DNA of 64,000 nt from Escherichia phage vB_EcoM_NBG2. Below the pieces are notes generated by a model, which saw nothing but the letters and a program-made list of their open reading frames with translations, did not search any database and was not told the origin of the DNA. Positions 10,989 to 21,501 of the stretch are shown here, piece after piece. A program made the position numbers and the translations under genes. Where the stretch lies: sequence record NC_054925.1. One strand, written 5' to 3'. The stretch's first letter is position 1. Each line of letters opens with the position of its first letter.

Positions 10989-12497
10989 ATGGATATTAAA
11001 GTACATTTTCACGACTTCAGTCATGTACGCATCGATTGTGAAGAGAGCACGTTCCACGAATTAAGAGATTTCTTTTCGTTTGAGGCCGATGGATATAGAT
11101 TTAATCCTCGCTTCAGATATGGCAACTGGGATGGACGAATCCGTCTTTTAGATTATAATCGCCTTCTTCCATTCGGTTTAGTCGGGCAAATTAAAAAGTT
11201 CTGTGATAACTTTGGCTATAAAGCCTGGATTGACCCGCAAATTAACGAAAAAGAAGAATTATCAAGAAAAGATTTTGATGAATGGCTTTCTAAATTAGAA
11301 ATCTATTCAGGAAATAAAAGAATTGAACCACACTGGTATCAAAAAGATGCAGTGTTCGAAGGATTAGTTAATCGTCGTAGAATTCTTAATCTTCCAACAT
11401 CCGCTGGTAAATCGTTAATTCAAGCTTTGCTTGCGCGATATTATTTGGAAAATTATGAAGGTAAAATTCTTATCATTGTTCCAACAACTGCTCTGACAAC
11501 TCAGATGGCTGATGACTTCGTCGACTATCGTTTATTCAGTCATGCAATGATAAAGAAAATTGGCGGCGGAGCATCAAAAGATGATAAATATAAAAATGAT
11601 GCACCAGTCGTTGTTGGTACATGGCAAACTGTAGTTAAACAACCGAAAGAATGGTTCTCACAGTTTGGAATGATGATGAATGATGAATGCCATCTTGCTA
11701 CAGGAAAAAGTATTTCATCTATCATATCAGGTTTAAATAACTGCATGTTCAAATTCGGTTTGTCTGGTTCATTACGTGATGGCAAAGCCAATATCATGCA
11801 GTATGTTGGAATGTTTGGTGAAATATTTAAGCCAGTAACGACTTCTAAATTAATGGAAGATGGACAAGTAACTGAGCTAAAAATTAATAGTATTTTTCTT
11901 CGCTATCCCGATGAGTTCACTACTAAATTAAAGGGAAAAACTTATCAAGAAGAAATAAAAATTATTACTGGGCTTAGTAAAAGAAATAAATGGATCGCTA
12001 AATTAGCTATTAAGCTTGCGCAAAAAGATGAAAACGCTTTTGTCATGTTTAAACATGTATCGCATGGTAAAGCTATTTTCGATTTAATTAAAAATGAATA
12101 CGATAAAGTTTATTACGTATCAGGGGAAGTTGATACCGAAACCCGCAATATAATGAAAACCTTAGCTGAAAATGGTAAAGGAATAATTATAGTAGCTAGT
12201 TATGGTGTATTTTCTACTGGTATTTCAGTTAAAAATCTGCATCACGTTGTTTTAGCGCACGGTGTTAAATCAAAAATCATTGTATTACAAACAATCGGTC
12301 GTGTATTACGTAAGCATGGTTCTAAGACAATAGCAACCGTCTGGGACCTCATAGATGATTGTGGCGTTAAGCCAAAATCTGCTAATACGAAAAAGAAATA
12401 CGTTCATTTGAACTATCTTTTAAAACACGGCATTGATCGTATTCAGCGCTACGCAGATGAAAAATTTAATTACGTAATGAAAACAGTTAATTTATAA
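10989..12497 (+). CDS. uvsW: UvsW RNA-DNA/DNA-DNA helicase
   Basis: 502 aa; SF2 helicase motifs (PTSAGKS Walker A, DECH box); sequence recognised as T4 UvsW. Confidence 0.95.
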   Translation: MDIKVHFHDFSHVRIDCEESTFHELRDFFSFEADGYRFNPRFRYGNWDGRIRLLDYNRLLPFGLVGQIKKFCDNFGYKAWIDPQINEKEELSRKDFDEWLSKLEIYSGNKRIEPHWYQKDAVFEGLVNRRRILNLPTSAGKSLIQALLARYYLENYEGKILIIVPTTALTTQMADDFVDYRLFSHAMIKKIGGGASKDDKYKNDAPVVVGTWQTVVKQPKEWFSQFGMMMNDECHLATGKSISSIISGLNNCMFKFGLSGSLRDGKANIMQYVGMFGEIFKPVTTSKLMEDGQVTELKINSIFLRYPDEFTTKLKGKTYQEEIKIITGLSKRNKWIAKLAIKLAQKDENAFVMFKHVSHGKAIFDLIKNEYDKVYYVSGEVDTETRNIMKTLAENGKGIIIVASYGVFSTGISVKNLHHVVLAHGVKSKIIVLQTIGRVLRKHGSKTIATVWDLIDDCGVKPKSANTKKKYVHLNYLLKHGIDRIQRYADEKFNYVMKTVNL

Positions 12498-12510
12498 GGG
12501 CTTCGGCCCT

Positions 12511-12753
12511 TTGGAGAAAAAGATGTTACTAGAATTTAAACAATTTCTTTATGAAGCTTCTATTGATGAATTTATGGGTAAAATTGCCTCTTGTCAAACA
12601 TTAGAAGGTTTAGAAGAACTTGAAGCGTATTATAAGAAAAGAGTTAAAGAAACTGAATTAAAAGATACTGATGACATCTCTGTGAGAGATGCTTTGGCAG
12701 GAAAAAGAGCTGAATTAGAAGATTCAGACGATGAAGTAGAAGAAAGCTTTTAA
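12511..12753 (+). CDS. uvsW.1: UvsW.1 small acidic protein
   Basis: 80-aa ORF directly after uvsW. Confidence 0.7.
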   Translation: MEKKMLLEFKQFLYEASIDEFMGKIASCQTLEGLEELEAYYKKRVKETELKDTDDISVRDALAGKRAELEDSDDEVEESF

Positions 12754-12785
12754 ATTAAAAAAGGCCCAACCAAAAAGGAAGGGCC
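12751..12785 (-). terminator. terminator for the minus-strand uvsY operon
   Basis: GGCCC...GGGCC hairpin followed on the minus transcript by UUUUUUAAUUUA; lies between convergent uvsW.1 and the uvsY.-2-like ORF. Confidence 0.55.
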
Positions 12786-12808
12786 AAAACTATAGACTAA
12801 AGGTCACA

Positions 12809-12976
12809 CTATAGCAAAAGTTGTGTTTCATTTAATTGTTCTTCCGAACTTTCTGAAACTGGTAGTTCTTTGATGTAATTATAGCAAGGCCCAGGATGTA
12901 CAGGACCTTTGTCTGTTTCAACAACCAATGCAGAATCGATTGGAGTTTTACAGACAACACAAATCTTATCTGACAT
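12809..12976 (-). CDS. small Cys-containing protein (uvsY.-2-like), 55 aa, below ORF-track cutoff
   Basis: ATG with GAGGAG Shine-Dalgarno, late promoter upstream; translation MSDKICVVCKTPIDSALVVETDKGPVHPGPCYNY... (CxxC plus a third Cys). Confidence 0.55.
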   Translation of the reverse strand: MSDKICVVCKTPIDSALVVETDKGPVHPGPCYNYIKELPVSESSEEQLNETQLLL

Positions 12977-13001
12977 GATTGTCTCCTCTAAATTATATAT
13001 C

Positions 13002-13009
13002 TATTTATA
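13002..13009 (-). promoter_or_regulatory. late promoter (TATAAATA on minus strand) for the uvsY.-2-like ORF
   Basis: Plus-strand tatttata 26 nt upstream of the minus-strand ATG. Confidence 0.55.
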
Positions 13010-13099
13010 ACGCCATCTTAAAACGCATTTCTTGTACACGCTTTAAACATGCTTCCATTTCTGCTAAAAGTCTAAATACTTCTTTATAATTTGTCATAT

Positions 13100-13327
13100 T
13101 TACCCCATATCTCTCATATGCATATCAATGCCCATATCTTTAGAATAAAAATATTCATCAAGATATCCGGCAAATTTTCCTTTAATATAAAGTACATCTT
13201 CACCACACGGGTGGTCGGCCAGGATACGAATATCCTGACGCTTAAGATTATGCTTTTTCATTAAGAATTGAATTTCCGTTTCAAATTCTTCTTCATAATT
13301 AAAAGCATCATCAATGCTATATTTCAT
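13100..13327 (-). CDS. hypothetical protein (uvsY.-1-like by position)
   Basis: 75-aa ORF directly downstream of uvsY, start overlaps uvsY stop. Confidence 0.6.
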   Translation of the reverse strand: MKYSIDDAFNYEEEFETEIQFLMKKHNLKRQDIRILADHPCGEDVLYIKGKFAGYLDEYFYSKDMGIDMHMRDMG

Positions 13328-13740
13328 TATTTTCCAGCCTCAAATGCTCGCATGTCTTGAATATGCTTAATAGCAAATCCACGTGATTTAATAGCATCAA
13401 GAGCTCCGCTACAGAAATCTAATAAAATTCCCCAATATTGTAATGAAGTATCAACTTTTAAAACGTCCTTATCAGCTGATAGAACTGTCTTCATTTCTGA
13501 TTTTTCATAACGATCCATACTAAATTCATCACCATCTCCTCGTCCCGAGTAGTAGTCTAATTTAGCTTTAAGAGCAACTTTTTTCTGTGCTTCAATTCTA
13601 AGCATTTCCTTTTTAATACTTGAATGCTTATTAAGCCATTTACTGTATAACATCACATTATTAGCTGCTTCATACTGTAATTTAGTCGAATCTATAAACA
13701 CATCTTTCTTCAATTCTTCTTGAAGATCTTCTAATTTCAT
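13327..13740 (-). CDS. uvsY: UvsY recombination mediator
   Basis: 137 aa; sequence recognised as T4 UvsY. Confidence 0.95.
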   Translation of the reverse strand: MKLEDLQEELKKDVFIDSTKLQYEAANNVMLYSKWLNKHSSIKKEMLRIEAQKKVALKAKLDYYSGRGDGDEFSMDRYEKSEMKTVLSADKDVLKVDTSLQYWGILLDFCSGALDAIKSRGFAIKHIQDMRAFEAGK

Positions 13741-13780
13741 ATTGTTCTCTATTCAATTGTTATTGGATGGACTTAGATTC

Positions 13781-13806
13781 ATTATACCACGTTTATACGT
13801 GAAGCA
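13781..13806 (-). promoter_or_regulatory. MotA-dependent middle promoter for uvsY
   Basis: On the minus strand: MotA box TGCTTCA, 13-nt spacer, TATAAT, about 40 nt upstream of the uvsY ATG. Confidence 0.75.
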
Positions 13807-14205
13807 TTATACTCTATTACTGGAAGCCAGTTGCAGTTTTATCTGCTCAATATCATCAGGGTTATCAATGACCGAAAAGCGTATTTCTACTATCAAAGTA
13901 TAATCATCATAAACTGGTATTACATTAACTGCTAATTTATCAATACGTGGCTCGTAGTTTCTTACTGCGCTTTCGATGTTACGCTCAACTGTATCAGCAG
14001 TAAGAGGAGTCATATTCTCAAAAAGCTGATCAGATAAATCGCATCCAAATTCTGGGTCAAACGGTCTCGACCCTTTCCTGGTTGTAATAATTCCCAAAAG
14101 GCTATTTTTAATTGACCTTAATCCAAGAGATCTAGAAACATCTTTGTCCCAATCCATTTTCATTTCTGGGTCAATGTCAGAATAAAGCTTATTAATATTT
14201 GCCAT
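13807..14205 (-). CDS. 25: baseplate wedge protein gp25
   Basis: 132 aa, synteny, sequence recognised. Confidence 0.95.
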   Translation of the reverse strand: MANINKLYSDIDPEMKMDWDKDVSRSLGLRSIKNSLLGIITTRKGSRPFDPEFGCDLSDQLFENMTPLTADTVERNIESAVRNYEPRIDKLAVNVIPVYDDYTLIVEIRFSVIDNPDDIEQIKLQLASSNRV

Positions 14206-14831
14206 TACAATAGCTCAAAGAATTCTTTGAGTCCTCTTATTACATGAGCGTGAGTTTTTCCACACTCTGGACACTTAATTGGAACAGCCAAATAAACAGT
14301 AGGCTTTAAAAGTATATCTTTTATAGCTACAATATCTGACTCTGTGATGATAGAATATAAATCTTCCAACTCTTTTTCATTTAAGTCTTCAATTGGAATG
14401 CTTTCACCGTTAGCATGAATCGTTTCTATACATGATACTATCATGTGGGCTATATTTTTATCATCAAAAATTTTAGGGTAATGGAACTTAATTTTAATGT
14501 CACCCAGTGTATACCAGAGGTCTTCTGGTGCATCTATTTGTGTATGTAATAGATTTATATGGGTTGGTATTTCAGTTCCACAGGTGCACTTCCAGGAGTT
14601 TTCGTGATTAACTTCCCCAAGAGAATGTGCCCATAAATGAATCAACAAGAGTTCTGATTCTTGGCGGTTTAAATCTTTTGCGTTTGTACAGTCTTTAATT
14701 AGCTTTTTAACGATCTCTTCTACTGAACCGTTCTTTTTAGCAGTAATAAGTTCTAGATATTCTTTAAGAGTAAATGCGCGACAGTTGATTATTTTAGAAC
14801 CAACTGTCACGTCAAATTTGTATTCATACAT
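14205..14831 (-). CDS. 26: baseplate hub protein gp26
   Basis: 208 aa, synteny 25-26 divergent from 51. Confidence 0.9.
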   Translation of the reverse strand: MYEYKFDVTVGSKIINCRAFTLKEYLELITAKKNGSVEEIVKKLIKDCTNAKDLNRQESELLLIHLWAHSLGEVNHENSWKCTCGTEIPTHINLLHTQIDAPEDLWYTLGDIKIKFHYPKIFDDKNIAHMIVSCIETIHANGESIPIEDLNEKELEDLYSIITESDIVAIKDILLKPTVYLAVPIKCPECGKTHAHVIRGLKEFFELL

Positions 14832-14852
14832 ATTTAGCTCCTTTATTTATCA

Positions 14853-14864
14853 TATTTATAAATA
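14853..14864. promoter_or_regulatory. overlapping divergent late promoters for gene 26 (-) and gene 51 (+)
   Basis: Plus TATAAATA at 14857..14864 (18 nt before the gene 51 ATG) overlaps minus TATAAATA (plus tatttata 14853..14860, 22 nt before the gene 26 ATG). Confidence 0.7.
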
Positions 14865-14881
14865 GAATAAAAGGAGCATCT

Positions 14882-15631
14882 ATGGCAAACATTATTCGTT
14901 GTAAATTACCAGATGGTGTTCATCGTTTTAAACCATTTACGGTAGAAGATTATCGAGATTTTTTGTTAGTTCGAAACGATATAGAACATCGGTCACCACA
15001 AGAACAAAAAGAAATAATTGCTGATTTAATTGCCGATTATTTTGGAGACTATCCGAAGACTTGGCAACCATTTATATTTTTGCAGGTATTTGTAGGGTCA
15101 ATAGGTAAAACTAAAGTACCGGTCACATTTGTATGTCCAAAATGTAAAAAAGAAAAGACAGTTCCATTTGAAATATATCAAAAAGAATTAAAGGAACCTG
15201 TTTTTGATGTAGCTAATGTTAAAATTAAATTAAAGTTTCCTTCTGAGTTTTATGAAAATAAAGCAAAGATGATTACTGAAAATATTCATTCTGTTCAAGT
15301 AGATGAAACATGGTATGATTGGAAGGAAATTAGTGAATCGAGTCAAATAGAACTTGTTGATGCAATCGAGATAGAAACATTAGAAAAAATTCTCGATGCA
15401 ATGAATCCTATTAATTTAACATTGCATATGTCGTGTTGTAATAAGTATGTAAAAAAATACACTGATATAGTAGATGTGTTTAAGCTATTAGTTAACCCAG
15501 ATGAGATATTTACTTTTTATCAAATTAATCACACACTCGTAAAAAGTAATTATAGCTTAAATTCAATAATGAAAATGATTCCTGCCGAGCGCGGATTCGT
15601 ATTAAAACTGATTGAGAAGGATAAACAATAA
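14882..15631 (+). CDS. 51: baseplate hub assembly catalyst gp51
   Basis: 249 aa, synteny. Confidence 0.9.
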   Translation: MANIIRCKLPDGVHRFKPFTVEDYRDFLLVRNDIEHRSPQEQKEIIADLIADYFGDYPKTWQPFIFLQVFVGSIGKTKVPVTFVCPKCKKEKTVPFEIYQKELKEPVFDVANVKIKLKFPSEFYENKAKMITENIHSVQVDETWYDWKEISESSQIELVDAIEIETLEKILDAMNPINLTLHMSCCNKYVKKYTDIVDVFKLLVNPDEIFTFYQINHTLVKSNYSLNSIMKMIPAERGFVLKLIEKDKQ

Positions 15632-16806
15632 TGAGTATGTTGCAACGCCCTGGATATCCAAATCTCAGCGTTAAATTATTTGATAGCTACGACGCTTGGA
15701 GTAATAATAGATTTGTTGAATTAGCTGCTACTATTACCACATTAACTATGCGGGATTCTCTTTATGGCCGAAATGAAGGAATGCTGCAGTTTTATGATTC
15801 TAAAAACATTCATACAAAAATGGATGGAAATGAAATAATTCAGATTTCTGTAGCTAATGCAAACGATATTAATAATGTTAAAACAAGAATTTATGGATGT
15901 AAGCATTTTTCTGTGTCAGTAGATTCAAAGGGTGATAACATCATTGCTATTGAATTGGGAACTATTCATTCTATAGAAAATCTTAAATTTGGCAGACCGT
16001 TTTTCCCTGATGCAGGTGAATCTATAAAGGAAATGCTTGGCGTCATTTATCAAGACCGCACATTATTAACTCCAGCAATAAATGCTATAAATGCTTATGT
16101 TCCTGATATTCCGTGGACTAGTACATTTGAAAACTATTTGTCATATGTCAGAGAAGTTGCTCTAGCTGTAGGAAGTGACAAATTTGTATTTGTATGGCAA
16201 GACATCATGGGAGTTAACATGATGGACTATGATATGATGATAAATCAAGAACCGTATCCAATGATTGTCGGTGAGCCATCTTTAATAGGTCAATTCATCC
16301 AAGAATTAAAATATCCATTGGCATATGATTTCGTTTGGTTGACTAAATCGAATCCTCACAAACGTGACCCAATGAAAAACGCTACTATCTATGCTCATTC
16401 ATTTTTAGATTCTTCATTGCCAATGATTACTACAGGAAAGGGCGAAAACTCTATTGTAGTGTCAAGGTCAGGTGCTTATTCTGAAATGACTTATAGGAAT
16501 GGATATGAAGAAGCTATTCGTCTTCAAACTATGGCGCAATACGATGGCTATGCTAAATGTTCTACTGTCGGTAATTTTAACTTGACACCTGGCGTTAAAA
16601 TTATTTTTAATGATAGTAAAAACCAATTTAAAACAGAATTTTACGTTGATGAAGTCATCCATGAATTATCCAATAATAATTCAGTAACTCATCTATATAT
16701 GTTCACTAATGCAACGAAACTGGAAACAATAGACCCAGTTAAGGTTAAAAATGAATTTAAATCTGATACTACCACTGAAGAAAGTAGTTCTTCCAATAAG
16801 CAATAA
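15631..16806 (+). CDS. 27: baseplate hub protein gp27
   Basis: 391 aa, synteny. Confidence 0.95.
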   Translation: MSMLQRPGYPNLSVKLFDSYDAWSNNRFVELAATITTLTMRDSLYGRNEGMLQFYDSKNIHTKMDGNEIIQISVANANDINNVKTRIYGCKHFSVSVDSKGDNIIAIELGTIHSIENLKFGRPFFPDAGESIKEMLGVIYQDRTLLTPAINAINAYVPDIPWTSTFENYLSYVREVALAVGSDKFVFVWQDIMGVNMMDYDMMINQEPYPMIVGEPSLIGQFIQELKYPLAYDFVWLTKSNPHKRDPMKNATIYAHSFLDSSLPMITTGKGENSIVVSRSGAYSEMTYRNGYEEAIRLQTMAQYDGYAKCSTVGNFNLTPGVKIIFNDSKNQFKTEFYVDEVIHELSNNNSVTHLYMFTNATKLETIDPVKVKNEFKSDTTTEESSSSNKQ

Positions 16807-17284
16807 AGAAGTTTCTATTCCTAAAATGGGTCTTAAACATTATAACATTTTAAAAGATGTTAAAGGTCCTGATGAAAATTTAAAACTTCTTATTGATTCT
16901 ATTTGTCCGAATTTATCACCGGCAGAAGTTGATTTCGTTTCTATTCATTTATTGGAATTTAATGGAAAGATTAAATCTCGTAAAGAAATAGATGGTTATA
17001 CTTATGACATTAATGATGTTTATGTATGCCAAAGATTGGAATTTCAATACCAAGGAAATACATTTTATTTTAGACCGCCTGGAAAATTTGAACAATTTTT
17101 AACTGTGAGCGATATGTTATCCAAATGCTTGCTTAAGGTCAATGATGAAGTTAAAGAAATTAATTTTCTTGAGATGCCAGCATTCGTTTTAAAATGGGCA
17201 AATGATATTTTTACAACTTTAGCAATTCCTGGCCCTAATGGTCCAATAACCGGAATTGGCAATATTATTGGATTATTTGAATGA
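16751..17284 (+). CDS. 28: baseplate hub distal subunit gp28
   Basis: 177 aa, ATG overlaps the end of gene 27 by 56 nt. Confidence 0.85.
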   Translation: MNLNLILPLKKVVLPISNKEVSIPKMGLKHYNILKDVKGPDENLKLLIDSICPNLSPAEVDFVSIHLLEFNGKIKSRKEIDGYTYDINDVYVCQRLEFQYQGNTFYFRPPGKFEQFLTVSDMLSKCLLKVNDEVKEINFLEMPAFVLKWANDIFTTLAIPGPNGPITGIGNIIGLFE

Positions 17285-19053
17285 AAAAGCCACAAGAAAT
17301 GCAAACGATGCGTAGAAAAGTTATTTCAGATAATAAACCAACACAGGAAGCGGCTAAATCCGCTTCTAACACTTTATCTGGACTTAACGATATATCTACG
17401 AAATTGGATGATGCTCAAGCTGCTTCTGAATTAATTGCTCAAACGGTCGAAGAAAAATCAAATGAAATAATTGGAGCAATTGATAATGTAGAAAGCGCAG
17501 TGAGTGATACTACTGCCGGTTCTGAGTTAATTGCTGAAACTGTCGAAATTGGCAACAATATTAATAAAGAAATTGGTGAATCGCTCGGGAGCAAATTAGA
17601 TAAATTAACAAGTTTACTAGAGCAAAAAATTCAGACAGCTGGAATTCAACAGACGGGAACTAGTTTAGCCACGGTTGAAAGCGCTATTCCTGTTAAAGTT
17701 GTTGAGGATGATACAGCTGAATCTGTGGGTCCTTTATTACCGGCTCCTGAAGCAGTTAATAATGATCCTGATGCTGATTTTTTCCCTACCCCTCAGCCAG
17801 TTGAACCCAAACAAGAATCGCCAGAAGAAAAACAGAAAAAAGACGCATTTAACTTAAAATTATCTCAAGCTTTAGATAAATTAACAAAGACTGTTGATTT
17901 TGGATTTAAGAAATCCATTTCAATTACTGATAAAATATCAAGCATGTTATTTAAGTACACCGTCAGTGCTGCTATTGAAGCTGCTAAAATGACTGCAATG
18001 ATATTGGCTGTTGTTGTTGGAATAGACCTGTTGATGGTTCATTTTAAATATTGGTCAGATAAATTTTCACAGGCTTGGGATTTGTTTAGTACAGACTTTA
18101 CTAAATTCTCTAGCGAAACCGGAACATGGGGTCCTTTATTACAGAGCATCTTTGGTTCTATCGATGAAATTAAAAAATTCTGGGAAGCGGGAGATTGGGG
18201 TGGTTTGACGGTAGCTATTGTAGAAGGGCTTGGAAAGGTTCTTTATAATTTAGGTGAACTTATTCAGCTTGGAATGGCTAAATTATCTGCGGCAATTCTT
18301 CGAGTTATTCCTGGTATGAAGGATACCGCTGATGATGTAGAAGGAAGAGCACTAGAAAATTTCCAAAATACTACAAATGCTTCTCTTAGCAAAGAAGACC
18401 AAGAAAAAGTTGCAAATTATCAATATAAAAGAATGAATGGAGAACTTGGTCCGATAGCAAAAGGACTAGACAAAATTGCGAACTGGAAAACTCGCGCATC
18501 TAACTGGATTCGTGGTGTTGATAATAAAGAAGCACTAACGACTGATGAAGAGAGAGAAGAGGAAGAAGAAAAATTAAAGCAACTTTCTCCGGAGGAAGCT
18601 AAAATTGCTTTAATGAAAGCTAATGAAGCTCGTGCTGCTATGAATCGTTTTGATCAATATGCCGATTCAGCTGATATGAGTAAAGACTCAACAGTTAAAT
18701 CAGTTGAAGCTGCCTATGAAGACCTTAAAAAACGGATGGATGACCCGGATTTAAATAATTCACCGGCAGTTAAAAAAGAACTTGCTGCTAGATTTTCTAA
18801 AATTGATGCTACTTATCAAGAACTAAAGAAAAATCAACCTAATGCCAAACCTGAAACTTCTGCTAAATCGCCAGAAGCAAAACAAGTCCAGGTAATAGAA
18901 AAGAACAAAGCACAGCAAGCTCCTGTTCAACAAGCATCTCCTTCGATCAATAATACTAATAATGTTATTAAGAAAAATACTGTCGTTCATAATATGACAC
19001 CTGTTACGAGTACAACTGCTCCCGGTGTATTTGACGCGACTGGAGTTAATTAA
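17281..19053 (+). CDS. 29: baseplate hub / tail length determinator gp29
   Basis: 590 aa, synteny. Confidence 0.9.
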   Translation: MKKPQEMQTMRRKVISDNKPTQEAAKSASNTLSGLNDISTKLDDAQAASELIAQTVEEKSNEIIGAIDNVESAVSDTTAGSELIAETVEIGNNINKEIGESLGSKLDKLTSLLEQKIQTAGIQQTGTSLATVESAIPVKVVEDDTAESVGPLLPAPEAVNNDPDADFFPTPQPVEPKQESPEEKQKKDAFNLKLSQALDKLTKTVDFGFKKSISITDKISSMLFKYTVSAAIEAAKMTAMILAVVVGIDLLMVHFKYWSDKFSQAWDLFSTDFTKFSSETGTWGPLLQSIFGSIDEIKKFWEAGDWGGLTVAIVEGLGKVLYNLGELIQLGMAKLSAAILRVIPGMKDTADDVEGRALENFQNTTNASLSKEDQEKVANYQYKRMNGELGPIAKGLDKIANWKTRASNWIRGVDNKEALTTDEEREEEEEKLKQLSPEEAKIALMKANEARAAMNRFDQYADSADMSKDSTVKSVEAAYEDLKKRMDDPDLNNSPAVKKELAARFSKIDATYQELKKNQPNAKPETSAKSPEAKQVQVIEKNKAQQAPVQQASPSINNTNNVIKKNTVVHNMTPVTSTTAPGVFDATGVN

Positions 19054-19061
19054 GGAATAAT

Positions 19062-20156
19062 ATGGCAATTGTTAAAGAAATAACTGCTGATTTAATTAAA
19101 AAGTCCGGTGAGAAAATTTCAGCCGGACAGAGTACTAAATCAGAAGTAGGAACTAAAACATACACTGCCCAGTTTCCAACTGGGCGTGCTAGTGGTAATG
19201 ACACTACAGGGGACTTCCAGGTAACAGATCTATATAAGAATGGATTATTATTTACTGCATACAATATGTCATCTAGGGATTCTGGAAGTCTTAGATCGAT
19301 GAGATCTAACTACTCTTCTTCATCTTCGAGTATTTTACGTACAGCCAGAAACACTATCAGTAATACAGTATCAAAACTGTCAAATGGATTAATATCAGAT
19401 AATAATTCAGGAACAATAAGTAAAGCTCCTGTGGCAAACATTCTTTTACCGAGATCTAAATCTGACGTTGATACATCATCACATAGATTTAATGATGTTC
19501 AAGAAAGTCTTATCAGTAGAGGCGGAGGAACTGCTACTGGTGTGCTAAGTAATATTGCTTCAACTGCAGTATTTGGAGCACTGGAAAGTATAACACAAGG
19601 TATAATGGCTGATAATAATGAACAGATTTATACTACAGCCAGAAGTATGTATGGTGGTGCTGAGAATAGAACTAAAGTGTTTACATGGGATTTGACTCCA
19701 CGTTCAACAGAAGATTTAATGGCTATTATTAATATCTATCAATATTTTAACTATTTTTCTTATGGTGAAACGGGTAAATCTCAATATGCTGCTGAAATAA
19801 AGGGGTATTTAGATGATTGGTATCGTTCTACGTTAATTGAACCTTTATCTCCGGAAGACGCAGCTAAAAATAAAACACTATTTGAGAAAATGACATCGAG
19901 TTTAACTAACGTCCTAGTAGTTTCAAACCCGACAATTTGGATGGTGAAAAACTTTGGTGCAACATCTAAGTTTGATGGAAAAACTGAAATATTTGGTCCA
20001 TGCCAAATACAAAGCATCAGATTTGATAAAACGCCTAATGGTAACTTTAACGGATTAGCTATTGCTCCAAACCTCCCTAGTACATTTACTCTTGAGATTA
20101 CTATGAGAGAAATTATCACGTTAAACCGTGCTTCTTTATATGCGGGGACTTTTTAA
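19062..20156 (+). CDS. 48: baseplate tail-tube junction protein gp48
   Basis: 364 aa, synteny. Confidence 0.9.
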   Translation: MAIVKEITADLIKKSGEKISAGQSTKSEVGTKTYTAQFPTGRASGNDTTGDFQVTDLYKNGLLFTAYNMSSRDSGSLRSMRSNYSSSSSSILRTARNTISNTVSKLSNGLISDNNSGTISKAPVANILLPRSKSDVDTSSHRFNDVQESLISRGGGTATGVLSNIASTAVFGALESITQGIMADNNEQIYTTARSMYGGAENRTKVFTWDLTPRSTEDLMAIINIYQYFNYFSYGETGKSQYAAEIKGYLDDWYRSTLIEPLSPEDAAKNKTLFEKMTSSLTNVLVVSNPTIWMVKNFGATSKFDGKTEIFGPCQIQSIRFDKTPNGNFNGLAIAPNLPSTFTLEITMREIITLNRASLYAGTF

Positions 20157-21121
20157 TGTATTCTTTAGAGGAATTTAATAATCAAGCAATAAACGCAGAT
20201 TTCCAACGTAATAATATGTTTAGCTGCGTTTTTGCGACAACTCCATCAACTAAAAGCTCTTCGTTGATAAGTTCAATTAGCAACTTTTCTTATAATAACT
20301 TGGGCCTAAATTCAGATTGGTTAGGATTGACTCAAGGTGATATTAATCAGGGAATTACCACGCTAATTACAGCTGGCACACAAAAACTGATAAGAAAATC
20401 AGGGGTTAGTAAATATCTTATTGGTGCCATGAGTCAACGTACAGTTCAAAGTTTATTGGGCTCATTTACAGTTGGTACATATTTAATTGACTTCTTTAAC
20501 ATGGCATATAACTCATCTGGATTGATGATATATTCCGTAAAAATGCCAGAGAATAGATTATCCTATGAAACTGACTGGAACTATAATTCTCCTAATATTC
20601 GTATAACTGGGAGAGAATTAGACCCTTTGGTTATTTCATTTAGAATGGATTCAGAAGCATGTAATTATCGTGCGATGCAAGACTGGGTTAACGCTGTTCA
20701 AGACCCAGTAACTGGATTACGCGCTTTGCCACAAGATGTCGAGGCAGACATTCAGGTTAATCTTCATGCTCGCAATGGATTGCCTCATACTGCAGTGATG
20801 TTCACCGGATGCATTCCAGTGTCAGTGAGCGCTCCTGAGTTATCATATGATGGAGATAACCAAATAACTACATTTGATGTTACTTTTGCGTATAGAGTCA
20901 TGCAGGCTGGAGCAGTTGATAGACAAGCTGCGCTTGAATGGCTTGAATCTGCTGCTATAAACGGTATTCAAAGCGTTCTCGGAAATAGCGGAGGCGTTAC
21001 TGGACTATCTAATTCGCTTTCACGACTTAGTAGATTAGGAGGAACTGCTGGAAGCATTTCAAACATTAATACTATGACGGGAATTGTCAACTCGCAAAGT
21101 AAAATATTAGGAGCAATATAA
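20156..21121 (+). CDS. 54: baseplate tail-tube initiator gp54
   Basis: 321 aa, synteny. Confidence 0.9.
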   Translation: MYSLEEFNNQAINADFQRNNMFSCVFATTPSTKSSSLISSISNFSYNNLGLNSDWLGLTQGDINQGITTLITAGTQKLIRKSGVSKYLIGAMSQRTVQSLLGSFTVGTYLIDFFNMAYNSSGLMIYSVKMPENRLSYETDWNYNSPNIRITGRELDPLVISFRMDSEACNYRAMQDWVNAVQDPVTGLRALPQDVEADIQVNLHARNGLPHTAVMFTGCIPVSVSAPELSYDGDNQITTFDVTFAYRVMQAGAVDRQAALEWLESAAINGIQSVLGNSGGVTGLSNSLSRLSRLGGTAGSISNINTMTGIVNSQSKILGAI

Positions 21122-21125
21122 CAAT

Positions 21126-21152
21126 GGGGACCTTTCGGTCCCCATGTTTTTA
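21126..21152. terminator. bidirectional terminator between gene 54 (+) and the minus-strand alt block
   Basis: GGGGACC-UUUC-GGUCCCC hairpin with flanking T-runs between convergent ORFs. Confidence 0.8.
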
Positions 21153-21440
21153 TTTACGGAATGAAATAAAAGCAGCAACTGAAGCAACTAAACTGTCTTC
21201 AATATAAACTTCAATTTTTACCGGAGCTTCTGACTCAAATTTGCCTGTTACTACACCTTGGAAAATGCTTTCAGTCTGTTCTGGCTTTGAAAAATTTTCA
21301 GAAGGAAAAATTCCGAACTTTTTATCTGTTCCAAAAATTTTGATAAATTCATCATAAACTGCTTCATTAAAAGCGTTATCAGCAGGAATAACGCCTTCAA
21401 CTACAAGTTCTTGACCTAAAAAGCGCAAAGAAGATTTCAT
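21150..21440 (-). CDS. hypothetical protein
   Basis: 96-aa ORF downstream of an early-promoter cassette. Confidence 0.6.
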   Translation of the reverse strand: MKSSLRFLGQELVVEGVIPADNAFNEAVYDEFIKIFGTDKKFGIFPSENFSKPEQTESIFQGVVTGKFESEAPVKIEVYIEDSLVASVAAFISFRK

Positions 21441-21447
21441 TTTGTGT

Positions 21448-21501
21448 TCCTCATGTTATGTCAGTAAGTTTACTATAACACAACACGAGGGACTTGTAAA
21501 C
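21448..21501 (-). promoter_or_regulatory. early promoter with stem-loop (PeSL-like cassette), copy A
   Basis: Minus strand GTTTAC -35, 18-nt spacer, TATAGT; imperfect inverted repeat spanning the -10; 52 of 54 nt identical to 37403..37456. Confidence 0.65.
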
